Shown: positions 47,249 to 57,386 of the stretch, piece after piece | How the letters are laid out: the number at the start of each line of letters is the position of its first letter | Numbering within the stretch: the stretch's first letter is position 1 | Virus record (IMG/VR): IMGVR_UViG_3300009436_000023 | Length of the DNA: 64,000 nt | Origin: an uncultured virus (IMG/VR IMGVR_UViG_3300009436_000023) | Lineage: Duplodnaviria > Heunggongvirae > Uroviricota > Caudoviricetes | Direction: 5' to 3' (one strand) | The notes under the pieces: model-generated | Told to the model about the DNA's origin: nothing | The model's input: the letters and a program-made list of their open reading frames with translations, nothing else | The model's database searches: none | Made by a program: the position numbers and the translations under genes

Positions 47249-48958
47249 TTAAGCAATCTCGCTAAAGTTTTTTACCTTCTGGAAGGTTATGTTAGAGTCA
47301 AACTTATCGCCAAACTGCAAGCCCCTATGGCTGATCACGAATATGTTATCATCTGCATTTAAGTTGTGTAGTTGATCAATCAAGTTCTCAATACCTACTG
47401 CGTCTAAAGCGCCATCTAGCGTTTCGTCCAATAAAAGCAAGTTTGTTGACACACTGTTGCGTAGTTTAGCAACAGAACGCCATGCCAACATGATCGACAA
47501 TGTAATGCGCAACTTCTCACCCTCAGAGAAAGACGCATATGAGAAAGCATCACGGAACCTTGACTTGATAACCTCATTGAAGTTTTCATCTAGTTGAAAA
47601 TCAACAAACAAGTCAAACGCACCTAGATACGTATTAATAAGTTTATTCATCACTGGGATATACTGCTTGATGATACGTGTCTTAATACCACCATCCTTTA
47701 GGATAGCTTGTACAACCGAAAGTGCTTCTTTGTCTTTATGCAAGACCTCTTGGTCAGACTTTGTGCTTCGAAGTGTTTCATTCAAAGCATTAAGCTTTGT
47801 TGTATCTATAGCTTCAACATCTTTCTCCGCTGTGTCCAATTCGTTTTTATAAGATATTAAGGCGCTTTTAGCCATCTTAATAGTGGCTCTGTGATCACCA
47901 ATTTTCATATTACCATCACGGATTTGATCTTCAAGAATAGATATAGACTCAAGACGATCAGTATAGACTTTGCGCTTCACTGCTAATTTTTCTAGCCCCT
48001 CTTGCAACTCAATGATCTTTTTGTCTTTTTCAGCAACGATACTGGCTTTAAAGTCATGTTCAATACCTTGCTTGCATGTAGGACAATCATTATGATCATG
48101 ATAGAACGACAGTTCTTTCTTATGGTTCGCCATCGTGATTTCTATATTGCGGCGAAGTTCGTTTGCCTTATGTTCCTTGGCTTTCATCTCAGCTTTGTCA
48201 GAAATATCATCAATAATTACTTGTATAATGTCTTGGGTAGTTTCTATCCATTTCTGTGCCTCACTAATACTGTCGAGGTGACCTTTCATCTTCTCTTTGA
48301 TCTTATCAACTTCTTCTGTTTTGATAGCACGGATAGATGCGTTGTATTCCTTTGCTGATCGAAGCTCAGTCTCAGTCAAATCTATCTTGTAATTATTATC
48401 ATTAATATCAACTTTATTATCTGACACACGTGTTTTCAGTAGAGTGTTCATCGTAGAGAATACTTGAATGTCCAAGAGGTCTTCAATGATTTCACGTCTT
48501 GCTTGTGCAGTCAGTTCCATGAATGGGACATAGGTAGCAGAGCCAAGAACAACAATTTGATTGAACGACTTGTAATTAAGATTAAGAATAGTTTGCTCAA
48601 GATATGATTGTTGATCCTTAGTAGCCGCTTCTTGATCGACAAGTTCGCCGTTCTTCCAAATCTCGAATACGTTAGGTTTAATCCCACGAACAATCTTATA
48701 ATAGTTCTGGGCAATCTTAAAGATCACCTCAACCATCGCCTCACGTCCATTAATACTGTTGACCAGTTGTGCTTTGTTGATCTTACGGAAAGCCTTACCA
48801 TACAGTGCAAATACAATAGCGTCCAACAGTGTAGACTTGCCACTACCGTTAGAACCACTAATCAGTGTTGTTCTACTCTTGTCTAACTGTATCTCCGTCC
48901 AAGCGTTGCCAGATGACAAGAGATTTTTATATCGCACACTTTGGAATTGTATTTTCAT
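47249..48958 (-). CDS. gp46: recombination endonuclease subunit gp46 (Rad50-like)
   Basis: GSNGSGKST, CPTC zinc hook, FSEGEK signature, LLLLDE and ISH motifs. Confidence 0.97.
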   Translation of the reverse strand: MKIQFQSVRYKNLLSSGNAWTEIQLDKSRTTLISGSNGSGKSTLLDAIVFALYGKAFRKINKAQLVNSINGREAMVEVIFKIAQNYYKIVRGIKPNVFEIWKNGELVDQEAATKDQQSYLEQTILNLNYKSFNQIVVLGSATYVPFMELTAQARREIIEDLLDIQVFSTMNTLLKTRVSDNKVDINDNNYKIDLTETELRSAKEYNASIRAIKTEEVDKIKEKMKGHLDSISEAQKWIETTQDIIQVIIDDISDKAEMKAKEHKANELRRNIEITMANHKKELSFYHDHNDCPTCKQGIEHDFKASIVAEKDKKIIELQEGLEKLAVKRKVYTDRLESISILEDQIRDGNMKIGDHRATIKMAKSALISYKNELDTAEKDVEAIDTTKLNALNETLRSTKSDQEVLHKDKEALSVVQAILKDGGIKTRIIKQYIPVMNKLINTYLGAFDLFVDFQLDENFNEVIKSRFRDAFSYASFSEGEKLRITLSIMLAWRSVAKLRNSVSTNLLLLDETLDGALDAVGIENLIDQLHNLNADDNIFVISHRGLQFGDKFDSNITFQKVKNFSEIA

Positions 48959-50016
48959 AGACTTAGTGCCTCATTGTATAGTTCATCAACAATCTGTTTA
49001 ATCGCCGCCTTGTTAGCCGCTGTATCTAAAGTCTCAATGTAGCTGTGGAGAATATCCTTGGTGTCAGCACTCTGATCAAGTATTTCCTCAACGCCACTAT
49101 CTTCTAAGTTTAGCGAATCTTCTACAGATTTCACATCTGATGCACCACTATCGGATAGTTTGTCAAGGAATAAATCATATACATACGGATTAGTTCTGTT
49201 TTTCACAATGACTTTAATGAAAGCATTATTGATGTTAGAGATATCAAGTGCCTCAACATCTTCGACTGTCATATCAGCATCGTCATATTCAATCTTATGG
49301 AAGACTGGGAATGGATTGAGTACCCACTCAAGATCACGTGTCTCAGTGTCGAGAACTCTAAAGCCACGCTTGCCACCATGGTCACTCCACGTCATCTCAT
49401 AGGGCGCACCAAGGTAGTTGATGTTCCCATACTCAGACGGATGATGGAAGTGACCAGAGTAAACAGACTCAAAGTGTGTAAAGACTTCTTTGTTCAATCC
49501 ATGACTACATAGAGTCCCCTTCAACATCTCAAAGCCAACAATATCAAAGTGACCCATGCAGATATGAGCCTTACTTGTTTTCAAAACATCTAGTGAGTTC
49601 TGAATGTTGTCTTTAGTCAACCACGGAACCATAACTACATTGGTAGAGCCAAACGTCAAATCTACTGGGGTAGACTCGTAAATATGGAAGTTGTCGTACT
49701 CTTGAAGCAACAAATCCATTGAGTTAACCTCATTGGTGTTTGAATAGTAAACGGAATGGTTGCCTGTGATGGCGTGATACTCTATGTTTCGCTCTTGGAG
49801 TTGGTTAAAGAAAAACTTCTTAGCTCTATTAAGAGTTACATAGTTAATATACTTACGACGATCAAAGGTATCGCCAAGATCAAGAACAGTCTTGATGTTG
49901 TGTTCATCGATATACGGAAAGAATACCTCAGAGAAGAATTTCTCTTGGTGATCCAAGAACACCTTAGAGTCTCCACGTACTCCAAGGTGCATATCTGTGA
50001 TGATTGCTATCTTCAT
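48955..50016 (-). CDS. gp47: recombination endonuclease subunit gp47 (Mre11-like)
   Basis: TDMHLG, LGDTFDRR, GNH and SGHFH motifs; likely start MKIAII. Confidence 0.97.
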   Translation of the reverse strand: MKIAIITDMHLGVRGDSKVFLDHQEKFFSEVFFPYIDEHNIKTVLDLGDTFDRRKYINYVTLNRAKKFFFNQLQERNIEYHAITGNHSVYYSNTNEVNSMDLLLQEYDNFHIYESTPVDLTFGSTNVVMVPWLTKDNIQNSLDVLKTSKAHICMGHFDIVGFEMLKGTLCSHGLNKEVFTHFESVYSGHFHHPSEYGNINYLGAPYEMTWSDHGGKRGFRVLDTETRDLEWVLNPFPVFHKIEYDDADMTVEDVEALDISNINNAFIKVIVKNRTNPYVYDLFLDKLSDSGASDVKSVEDSLNLEDSGVEEILDQSADTKDILHSYIETLDTAANKAAIKQIVDELYNEALSL

Positions 50017-50186
50017 CCCCACCATCCTAATTTAGTTGTGTTGTGTATAATAATGGCAAAGCAAGTGAGGATATGAACTACCCACCAAAAAGTTCTGATA
50101 ACTGCCACAGCATTTGCTTGTCCATCAGTCTCACCTACTTTTTCACCAAGGCTCTTAGCCCAAATGCGCCACCACTTTTTCATCAT
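50013..50186 (-). CDS. small conserved membrane protein (KWWRIWAKSLGEK...A.IRT)
   Basis: Motif familiar from marine T4-like phages; one hydrophobic helix. Confidence 0.65.
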   Translation of the reverse strand: MMKKWWRIWAKSLGEKVGETDGQANAVAVIRTFWWVVHILTCFAIIIHNTTKLGWWG

Positions 50187-50193
50187 TAGAAGA

Positions 50194-50736
50194 TTAATCC
50201 TTTTTCTTGACGTCTGCTGATTTAGCATCTTCTTTTTTCTTAGCTTTATCACGTTCGATCTTGTCTTCGAAGTCTTGAACAAATGTATTCATATAGTCGG
50301 CATTTGTATACAGATTTAATACCTCATCACCACCTTCATATGTTCCACCTGTTGAAATCATCTGTTGGCTTGACTTGAAACGAATATACATCTGCTTTTT
50401 CTCTTTGGCAATACGTCTTAAGAATGCATACCAAATGATCTGTGTGAAGTACGCAAATGGATTGGATGATTTCTCTGGATTGAAGTTACCAATATACAAT
50501 AGACAATTCTCAATCCCATCAGAGATCATGTCATCTTTATATGTATAGCCACTGAAGTTTGGTTTGGTGGATAGTCGTGTTGCAATTTGAAAGATGCAAG
50601 TTCCAATATAATCTGGGACACGAGGTTTCAAGTCTTCCCCTGCCTCTTCTGCGTCTTTACAATCGCTCTGGTATTGTACCAAAGCATCTAGTAAGTCTCT
50701 GTTGTTTACATAATTTTTTTTAGCTCGACGTGCCAT
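50194..50736 (-). CDS. gp55: late transcription sigma factor gp55
   Basis: YVNN..L..YIG.C...IA..LS.KPNF..YTYKDDMISDGIENC..Y..NFNPEKS.NPFAYFTQI...AFLRRI.KEKKQ. Confidence 0.97.
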   Translation of the reverse strand: MARRAKKNYVNNRDLLDALVQYQSDCKDAEEAGEDLKPRVPDYIGTCIFQIATRLSTKPNFSGYTYKDDMISDGIENCLLYIGNFNPEKSSNPFAYFTQIIWYAFLRRIAKEKKQMYIRFKSSQQMISTGGTYEGGDEVLNLYTNADYMNTFVQDFEDKIERDKAKKKEDAKSADVKKKD

Positions 50737-50760
50737 AAATGTCTCCTTATGATTTGTTTA

Positions 50761-50851
50761 AGTATACCATAACTACTATAATTTGTCAACCATGCATTTT
50801 TTACTTGACAAACTTTTCATGCCGTGTATAATAGGGTTAACCCTTATGATA
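50761..50851. promoter_or_regulatory. divergent sigma70 promoters: minus TTGACA-17-TATACT (gp55) and plus TTGACA-16-TATAAT with AGGGTTAACCCT (no sense ORF downstream)
   Basis: Read directly; the plus-strand block duplicates 30029-30054. Confidence 0.75.
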
Positions 50852-50881
50852 TACAATAAGATTCTTTAAGGCTATTTAAGG

Positions 50882-52372
50882 TTATATCTCTACAGTAAAG
50901 ATTTTCATCTTAAACTGCTGATCTCCATACATCTCAACTCTCTTACGGAAATGATCTAATGTATAATTGGTATATGATCCAGATGACAAATCATCAGAAA
51001 TATCATAAAGAACAGCTTTATCAGAACCATTACCTTTTCTTAGTGAACGACCAACAGACTGCAACACTTTAATCTCTGATTTGCCACCAAAAGCAAAGAT
51101 AACATTATCCAATCTCTTAAGGTTAACACCAGTAGAGAAAGTACCAAATGAAGCAAGAATATTATGTTTCTTCTCAGGATCATTCTCGACTAGATGTCTA
51201 ACACGTTCACGCTCTTCACCTTTAACACCACCATGAATAAAATGTAGTTCTCTGCCTTCTTTTTGAAAAAGGGGTTCTAACAGTTTACCATGTTTCTCAA
51301 CCAAATCAAACAAGACCAAGTTATTCTGACCCTCTAAAGACCACAGTAAATTTCTAAGGAATATGTTTCTTCGTTCGCAGTTCACTAGGAACTCACGTTC
51401 AGCAGAAAACTTTTTAGTGTTCTCAAGTTGATTGATAGCCTTCTTGAAGCTTTTACGTATATATTTGTTATGAGAAAGAACAATTGCCTTCACATCAAAG
51501 TCAGCTACAGTACCATCATCAATAAGGTTCTTTGTAGTGACATGTTGTCTAACAGAACCAAAACATCCTTCAAGAACAAGTTGGTGTGTCTTACTTTCTT
51601 CTGTCTTCAACGTACCAGTGAACCCATGTCTATAGTAACACTCAGGCAACATGCCCATGATCTTCTGAAGTGATTTAGCTTGGAACTGATGCGCCTCATC
51701 CCCAAGAACTACTTTGAACGGATCGAACCAATCTTTGGGTAACTTTGCTAATGACTGCCATGTAGATATAACAACAGGTCTGTCTGTATTCTTCTCAGCA
51801 CCACCCTTAATTATGTGGATTGCATCAGGGTCACAACCATATTCAATAAAGTCACCTTGCATCTGATGAACAAGAGATATCGTAGGAACAATGATAAGAG
51901 TTCTATGATTAAATTTGTTGTAATAATGTTGTTGAATTAAATAAATGATCAGAGACTTGCCAGACGATGTTGGCGACAAAGATAATGATCTACTATCACG
52001 TAAGGCGTCAACAATGTATTTGTTTTGATAGTCTCTTGGAGTAAACTTACAGTTCACTTCCTTGGCTATTGTCATACCGTAATCATCAGGGATTTCTTCG
52101 CCATGAATCAAATGATCAGGAGCCTTGATGTCATAACCACGGTCTTCACAGAAGATAATTAGTTTCTTCATCAATCCAACCATTAGGGTAGGGCGCATTG
52201 GACTATAAAGCCTAATGAAGCCATCCCAGATTTTATTTTTGAATGATGGTGTGAATTGATAATTGGCTGGTCTAAACGAAAAGAACTGCTGTATCTCTTG
52301 ACGAATGCCTGGGTCGGCAGTCACCTTAAGATTGATAGCATCTAGTTGTTCAACAGTAATTACTTCAGCCAT
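50882..52372 (-). CDS. uvsW: DNA helicase UvsW
   Basis: PRDYQ, SPTSSGKS, DEAH, GFTGT and QSVGRSLR motifs; late promoter TATAAATA at 52404-52411. Confidence 0.95.
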   Translation of the reverse strand: MAEVITVEQLDAINLKVTADPGIRQEIQQFFSFRPANYQFTPSFKNKIWDGFIRLYSPMRPTLMVGLMKKLIIFCEDRGYDIKAPDHLIHGEEIPDDYGMTIAKEVNCKFTPRDYQNKYIVDALRDSRSLSLSPTSSGKSLIIYLIQQHYYNKFNHRTLIIVPTISLVHQMQGDFIEYGCDPDAIHIIKGGAEKNTDRPVVISTWQSLAKLPKDWFDPFKVVLGDEAHQFQAKSLQKIMGMLPECYYRHGFTGTLKTEESKTHQLVLEGCFGSVRQHVTTKNLIDDGTVADFDVKAIVLSHNKYIRKSFKKAINQLENTKKFSAEREFLVNCERRNIFLRNLLWSLEGQNNLVLFDLVEKHGKLLEPLFQKEGRELHFIHGGVKGEERERVRHLVENDPEKKHNILASFGTFSTGVNLKRLDNVIFAFGGKSEIKVLQSVGRSLRKGNGSDKAVLYDISDDLSSGSYTNYTLDHFRKRVEMYGDQQFKMKIFTVEI

Positions 52373-52426
52373 GTTAACCTCACTTGTTCATAGTATATGC
52401 TACTATTTATACAAGGTGGCTAATGG

Positions 52427-52861
52427 TTAATATTCACCTGCTTGGAACTTGATCACGTCTACCATAGACTTAATAATAAAGTTTCGACTGTGAATAGTCT
52501 TAATAATACTCTCAAGATAGTTCGCATTCTCTGTATGGAAATCAATCTTAAGGCTTAGGTTGATAATATCTCTATCCGATTGAATATGTTTATCCAAGTC
52601 AGCACGTATTACTTTTCTTTGAAATGGCTTCCAACCACGAACTCGCAAGTCTTCTTCAGCCATCTCACCACTATAGTAGTCACGCTTGTCCATCTCAAGT
52701 TCTTTGTAGTCGCCCTTGAGCTTCTTAACACGCAATGCTTCTGTGTAATACATGTTGTAATATTTACTGTGTAGCGAAGGGATATTCCGCAACTCATTCA
52801 TTAAGTCGTTTTCGTTGATCTTCGAATCTTCTGACCAAATCTCACTGATTTTATTTTCCAA
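52427..52861 (-). CDS. uvsY: recombination mediator UvsY
   Basis: W.EDSKI..IP.LHSKY..YYSG..R.F.IK..ID..KF.AG; promoter TTGACA-17-TATAAT at 52891-52919. Confidence 0.9.
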   Translation of the reverse strand: MENKISEIWSEDSKINENDLMNELRNIPSLHSKYYNMYYTEALRVKKLKGDYKELEMDKRDYYSGEMAEEDLRVRGWKPFQRKVIRADLDKHIQSDRDIINLSLKIDFHTENANYLESIIKTIHSRNFIIKSMVDVIKFQAGEY

Positions 52862-52915
52862 GACATATCCCTCTCTAATGTAATAAGAGAATTATATCAC
52901 AGTTATTGGATGTTG

Positions 52916-53404
52916 TCAAGCAACCTTTTCGAAGGTGTACCTGTCATATCTGAAGGACATGTTAACTTCTGGGTAAAAAACATCAGTTCCAGTCACGTCA
53001 AGATTTACAGCACTCAGAGATACTGGTGTGCAGTTCAAGAAGTTAAACTTCACGTTTAGATTTTTGTTGCTGTTCAAGATCAAAATGCTGATATCACTAT
53101 TAAGACCTTCAACCCCATCTTCTAATGGTTTGTAGTCATCGAACTTTTCTGGGCTTGATAAAGCCTTCATCCAATTGTAACATTCCATATAGTTATCCAT
53201 GTTTTCGTCTACAAGGAAACTCAAATCCAAATCTTGGTATGCCAATCTGTCACCAGCAACAAACAAGTTACCCATGGGGTTTACTAGTTGTGGTGCTTCC
53301 AATGTGACGCCTGGGATAAATGCTTTCTGTGTGAAGAACTCTACGTTAGGCAAACGAGACACAGCCACAGTAAAGCCGATGGGTGATAGGTAATTAGTAT
53401 TCAT
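52916..53404 (-). CDS. gp3: tail completion/sheath stabiliser gp3
   Basis: NYLSPIGF..RLPNVEFF.Q...IPG..GD.L.Y.DL..FLVDE.M.NY..W; late promoter at 53448-53455 (-). Confidence 0.85.
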   Translation of the reverse strand: MNTNYLSPIGFTVAVSRLPNVEFFTQKAFIPGVTLEAPQLVNPMGNLFVAGDRLAYQDLDLSFLVDENMDNYMECYNWMKALSSPEKFDDYKPLEDGVEGLNSDISILILNSNKNLNVKFNFLNCTPVSLSAVNLDVTGTDVFYPEVNMSFRYDRYTFEKVA

Positions 53405-53421
53405 TTTCAAAACTTTCCTAT

Positions 53422-53455
53422 TTGACAATCATTCTTTTCTATGATACTATTTATA
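53422..53455. promoter_or_regulatory. overlapping plus sigma70 promoter (TTGACA-17-TACTAT, topoisomerase) and minus late promoter TATAAATA (gp3)
   Basis: Read directly. Confidence 0.7.
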
Positions 53456-53505
53456 AATGTTACTAAATAAGGATTATTGATCAATCCTGAGAATAGCGAG
53501 GCCAC

Positions 53506-55341
53506 ATGGCAGAAGATTTTAAAATTTTAACAGCACGTCAACACGTCAGAGAACGTATTGGCATGTATATGGGTTCAAGTTCCCTTGAGGAAGTTGAGCG
53601 ATTTGTTATGGGTGAATGGAAAACTGCAAAGTACGTTCCTGCACTATCTAAAATGGTAGATGAAATACTTGACAACTCAATCGATGAGGCAATTCGTACA
53701 AGCTTTAAACACGCCAATAAGATCGACGTATCAGTCAAGATGGATAACTCTATTACTATCTCTGACAACGGACGTGGTATCCCACATGAGGATGTGTTCG
53801 ATGCAACCACCAAGAAGACTATAGCTAGGGCTACAGCGGCTTGGACTAGAGTTAATGCGGGTACGTCTTTTGATGACGAACGTGTTACCATTGGCACGAA
53901 TGGCGTTGGATCATCAGCTACTAACTTCCTATCAGCTAAGTTCATTGGCAAAACTTGGTCTAATGGTACTATCCTTCAAGTGTCATGCACTAATGGTGCT
54001 GAAAAGATACGTGAGACAAAGAAAGAAAAGACTGGCAATGGTACTGAGGTGTCATTCGTACCAGACTTTGATTTGTTTGAGGTGAACAACCTTAATGATC
54101 TCGACACACTCGCTTTGCTTGAGGATCGTTTGATTGCATTGCAAATGGCTTTCCCTGAGATTGCTTTCTCTTTCAATAAGAAACGCATCAAGGTAAATAA
54201 CCTTAAGAAATATTCTGAGATGTTCATCCAAGAGGGTGAAGCTTCTATTATTGAAAAGAGCGACAACCTCTCGTTCTTCATTGCATCCAGTGAAGACGGT
54301 TTCAGATCAAACTCATATGTCAATGGTGTGAACACACGCCAAGGCGGCACATACGTTGACTTCGTGATGAATGGTATCGTTGACGAACTTGTTGTTAAGA
54401 TCAAGCGTAAGTATAAGATCGAAATGGCTAAGATCACAATCAAGAGTGGGTTATCGTTCGTGATGTTCAGTCGTAACTTTGTCAATCCGAAGTTTGATTC
54501 ACAAACAAAAGAGCGTTTGACAAATCCAATGGGTAATGTCAAAGCACATTATCTTGAGTCTGGCGTTAAGGACTTTGTGTTCTATTCGCAAAAGATCATG
54601 AATACACCTTCGATCATCGAACCAATCATTGAGGCTCAGTTGGCTAAGAAGTTAGCGCAAGATAAACGAGCCGCTACTCTAGCTCAAAAGAACCTTCGCA
54701 AGGTAAAGGTAGCCAAGCACATTGCCGCTAACAAGCCCTCAGCAACACTTAAGATTGTCGAGGGAGATTCTGCCATGGGGTTCCTACTGAAAGTTCGTAA
54801 CGCCGATAAGGTGGGCGCTATGCCGCTCAGAGGGGTTATTATGAATACGTGGGACATGAAGCCAGCAGACGTTCTCAAGAACAAAGAGTTGTCTGAGTTG
54901 GTTGCTGTACTTGGTTTGAATATCAATGATCCAGATAGCGTAGACAATATGCAATATGAGAACATCGCAACTCTTACAGATGCTGACCACGATGGTATCG
55001 GACACATCAGTCCATTGCTGATTGCTTTCTTCTATAAGTTTTGGCCTAGACTGCTATCTGAGCGAAGAGTTAAGATTACTCGAACACCAATTATGATCTC
55101 AACTAAAGATAAGAAGGTGAAGTGGTTCTACGGATACGAAGAAGCATCGAAGTTCAAAACAGACAACCCATCTGGTTGGAAGCATCGTTACATTAAGGGG
55201 CTTGGCTCTTTGACTGAAGAAGAATATGATGTGATTATTAACAAACCAAAGTACGACACTGTTACCGTTGACGATGCGTCTATGTTCCAAATGATGTTTG
55301 GTAAAGATTCGGCACTACGTAAACAGTTCATGTTTTCGTAG
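53506..55341 (+). CDS. gp39: DNA topoisomerase II large subunit (gp39+gp60 fused)
   Basis: EILDNSIDE, DNGRGIP, GTNGVGS GHKL motifs; EGDSA, PLRG, DADHDG and YIKGLGS TOPRIM motifs in one ORF. Confidence 0.96.
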   Translation: MAEDFKILTARQHVRERIGMYMGSSSLEEVERFVMGEWKTAKYVPALSKMVDEILDNSIDEAIRTSFKHANKIDVSVKMDNSITISDNGRGIPHEDVFDATTKKTIARATAAWTRVNAGTSFDDERVTIGTNGVGSSATNFLSAKFIGKTWSNGTILQVSCTNGAEKIRETKKEKTGNGTEVSFVPDFDLFEVNNLNDLDTLALLEDRLIALQMAFPEIAFSFNKKRIKVNNLKKYSEMFIQEGEASIIEKSDNLSFFIASSEDGFRSNSYVNGVNTRQGGTYVDFVMNGIVDELVVKIKRKYKIEMAKITIKSGLSFVMFSRNFVNPKFDSQTKERLTNPMGNVKAHYLESGVKDFVFYSQKIMNTPSIIEPIIEAQLAKKLAQDKRAATLAQKNLRKVKVAKHIAANKPSATLKIVEGDSAMGFLLKVRNADKVGAMPLRGVIMNTWDMKPADVLKNKELSELVAVLGLNINDPDSVDNMQYENIATLTDADHDGIGHISPLLIAFFYKFWPRLLSERRVKITRTPIMISTKDKKVKWFYGYEEASKFKTDNPSGWKHRYIKGLGSLTEEEYDVIINKPKYDTVTVDDASMFQMMFGKDSALRKQFMFS

Positions 55342-55355
55342 GGGGTTGACAAGGT

Positions 55356-55544
55356 ATGGACAGGGTGATAAACTTTATTCATTGGTATCGACAGTTAAAA
55401 GCTGAAGGTGTGGAGATGGGTTGGGATACTAAAGAGTTAGCCTACCACACAAGATACAATACATGGAACTGTTTACGTTGGGCAATTATGAACAGCGGAA
55501 CACATTATACGGATGGGAGTTATTTCGATGAGCAAGATTGGTAA
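55356..55544 (+). CDS. hypothetical protein (start uncertain)
   Basis: 62-aa ORF between the topoisomerase subunits; its start lies inside a TTGACA-17-TAAACT promoter. Confidence 0.45.
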   Translation: MDRVINFIHWYRQLKAEGVEMGWDTKELAYHTRYNTWNCLRWAIMNSGTHYTDGSYFDEQDW

Positions 55545-55647
55545 TTACGTAGTTGAGCTACAAGAGCAAATGACTGAAGAAGAAGCGCAAGCACAATACG
55601 AAGAAGAGTATGAGCCTTGCTTTGAATCAGATGAGGACGGTAGATGA
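55528..55647 (+). CDS. small acidic hypothetical protein (39 aa, MSKIGNYVVELQEQ...)
   Basis: Read manually; GGGAG Shine-Dalgarno; ATGA overlap with gp52. Confidence 0.55.
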   Translation: MSKIGNYVVELQEQMTEEEAQAQYEEEYEPCFESDEDGR

Positions 55648-56990
55648 GTTTACTAGAATTTACAAAAGATGATAAGTCCACTACGGACTATCCGATTAGC
55701 AATGTTGCCAAGAACGAATGGCTTGACTTTGCTATGTACACGGTTGAGTCTCGTGCCATTCCAAATATGATCGATGGACTAAAGCCAGTTCAGCGGTTCT
55801 ATTTGTATTCATCTTTGCTAAACTCTAAGCGAGACTTCAAGAAAGTATCAGCGGTTTCTGGTATTATCTCTGACTATGGGTATAACCACGGTGAAACTTC
55901 AGCCGCAGGTGCTGGTCAGTTAATGGCGGCTTCTTGGAATAACAATGTCTGCCTTGTAGAGGGCAGAGGTTCATTCGGTACTAGACTTATACAACAAGCG
56001 GGTGCGGCACGTTATGTATACACACGTGTGCATAAAAACTTTGAAACATATATCAAAGACCTTGAGTTGTCACCAGTACATGATGATCCAGAGCATGAGC
56101 CACCATCATTCTATTTGCCTGTACTACCTTTAGTATTGGCTAATGGTGCTAAGGGTATCGCTACAGGCTTTGCTACTAGCATTTTACCAAGAAGTACAAA
56201 GCATCTTGCCAAAGCAGTTAAAGAATATCTTGCGAAAGGTTCTATTGCACGAAAGCTTCCTATCACCTTTCCAGACTTTAGTGGCAAGGTAGAATACAAC
56301 AAAGAAGAAGATAAGTACCAAGTCATCGGTACGTTCGAGCGCAAAAGCAAAACTGTAATGGTTATCACTGAAGTACCTTATGGATTTGACCGTGAGGGTT
56401 ACATCAAGGTGCTTGACACATTGGAAGACAATAACGACATTGTTTCATACGAAGACAAATGTGATAAGACTGGGTTTTGTTTTGAAATCAAACTTAAGCT
56501 TGCTTCTGCCAATGCTTGGACTGATGAACGCATCATCCGTAAGTTTAAGTTGAGCAAACCTCTGACTGAGAACCTTACTGTGATCGACCAGAATGGTAAG
56601 CTACGTGAATATAAAGATGAGCGTGAACTAATTAAAGATTTTGTCGATTACCGCTTGACTGTCTTGCAAAAAAGAATTAATCTACGAAAGAAACAAGAGA
56701 CTGAAGAATCACGTTGGCTCAAAGTTAAGATGCAGTTTATCCAAGCAGTGCTAGATGGGACAATTCAGTTTAAAAACAAAAAGAAAGATGTTATTGCTAC
56801 ACAGATATTAAAAGTTACTGATGCATTAGAATTAGATGTTGACAAACTTCTCAGAATCAATATGCTATCACTGACGGACGAAATGGTTAAAGACCTCAAA
56901 CAACAAATCGAGAGTTCTAAAGACCGACTAAAATTTTGGAAAGCAACAACGCCTAAAGATCAATTCGAAATCGACTTATCGGAGATTTAA
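55644..56990 (+). CDS. gp52: DNA topoisomerase II medium subunit gp52
   Basis: RAIPNMIDGLKPVQR, Y.HGE.S, GSFGTR, AARY (catalytic Tyr) and NG..GIATGF motifs. Confidence 0.96.
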   Translation: MSLLEFTKDDKSTTDYPISNVAKNEWLDFAMYTVESRAIPNMIDGLKPVQRFYLYSSLLNSKRDFKKVSAVSGIISDYGYNHGETSAAGAGQLMAASWNNNVCLVEGRGSFGTRLIQQAGAARYVYTRVHKNFETYIKDLELSPVHDDPEHEPPSFYLPVLPLVLANGAKGIATGFATSILPRSTKHLAKAVKEYLAKGSIARKLPITFPDFSGKVEYNKEEDKYQVIGTFERKSKTVMVITEVPYGFDREGYIKVLDTLEDNNDIVSYEDKCDKTGFCFEIKLKLASANAWTDERIIRKFKLSKPLTENLTVIDQNGKLREYKDERELIKDFVDYRLTVLQKRINLRKKQETEESRWLKVKMQFIQAVLDGTIQFKNKKKDVIATQILKVTDALELDVDKLLRINMLSLTDEMVKDLKQQIESSKDRLKFWKATTPKDQFEIDLSEI

Positions 56991-57386
56991 ATGTACTACA
57001 CTGCATACGCCAAGCCAAAGATTATAACAAACAAGCTAATGGACAAAGTTGTCGTGTTTGCTTGTGACTTTCTTAATCTTGACGTTGACCTTGAAATAGA
57101 ATTCAAGGGCGTAGAGAATGGTGGGTATGTTGACTTTGAAGAAGGTGAAGACATCGTTGTCGGTATCAATCCAGATCAAAGTAAGAACGAACTAATCCGT
57201 ACTATCTTTCATGAGATGGTTCACGTTAAGCAGTATGTTGAAGGTGACTTGTCTCACGAAAATTCAGATAATCTCTGGAAAGGTGAGGTTGTTGATGTTC
57301 CTTATTCAGATCGTCCATGGGAGAAAGAAGCTTATGAGCAAGAAGAAGCTATGTGGCACATCTTTACAAAAGAGGTTGGACTATGA
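56991..57386 (+). CDS. zincin metallopeptidase-like protein
   Basis: TIFHEMVHVKQY...PWEKEA. Confidence 0.8.
   Translation: MYYTAYAKPKIITNKLMDKVVVFACDFLNLDVDLEIEFKGVENGGYVDFEEGEDIVVGINPDQSKNELIRTIFHEMVHVKQYVEGDLSHENSDNLWKGEVVDVPYSDRPWEKEAYEQEEAMWHIFTKEVGL

Noticed and set aside
53506..55341. T4 gene 60-type ribosomal bypass or split topoisomerase
   Set aside because: The gp39 and gp60 portions form one continuous ORF, the common state outside T4
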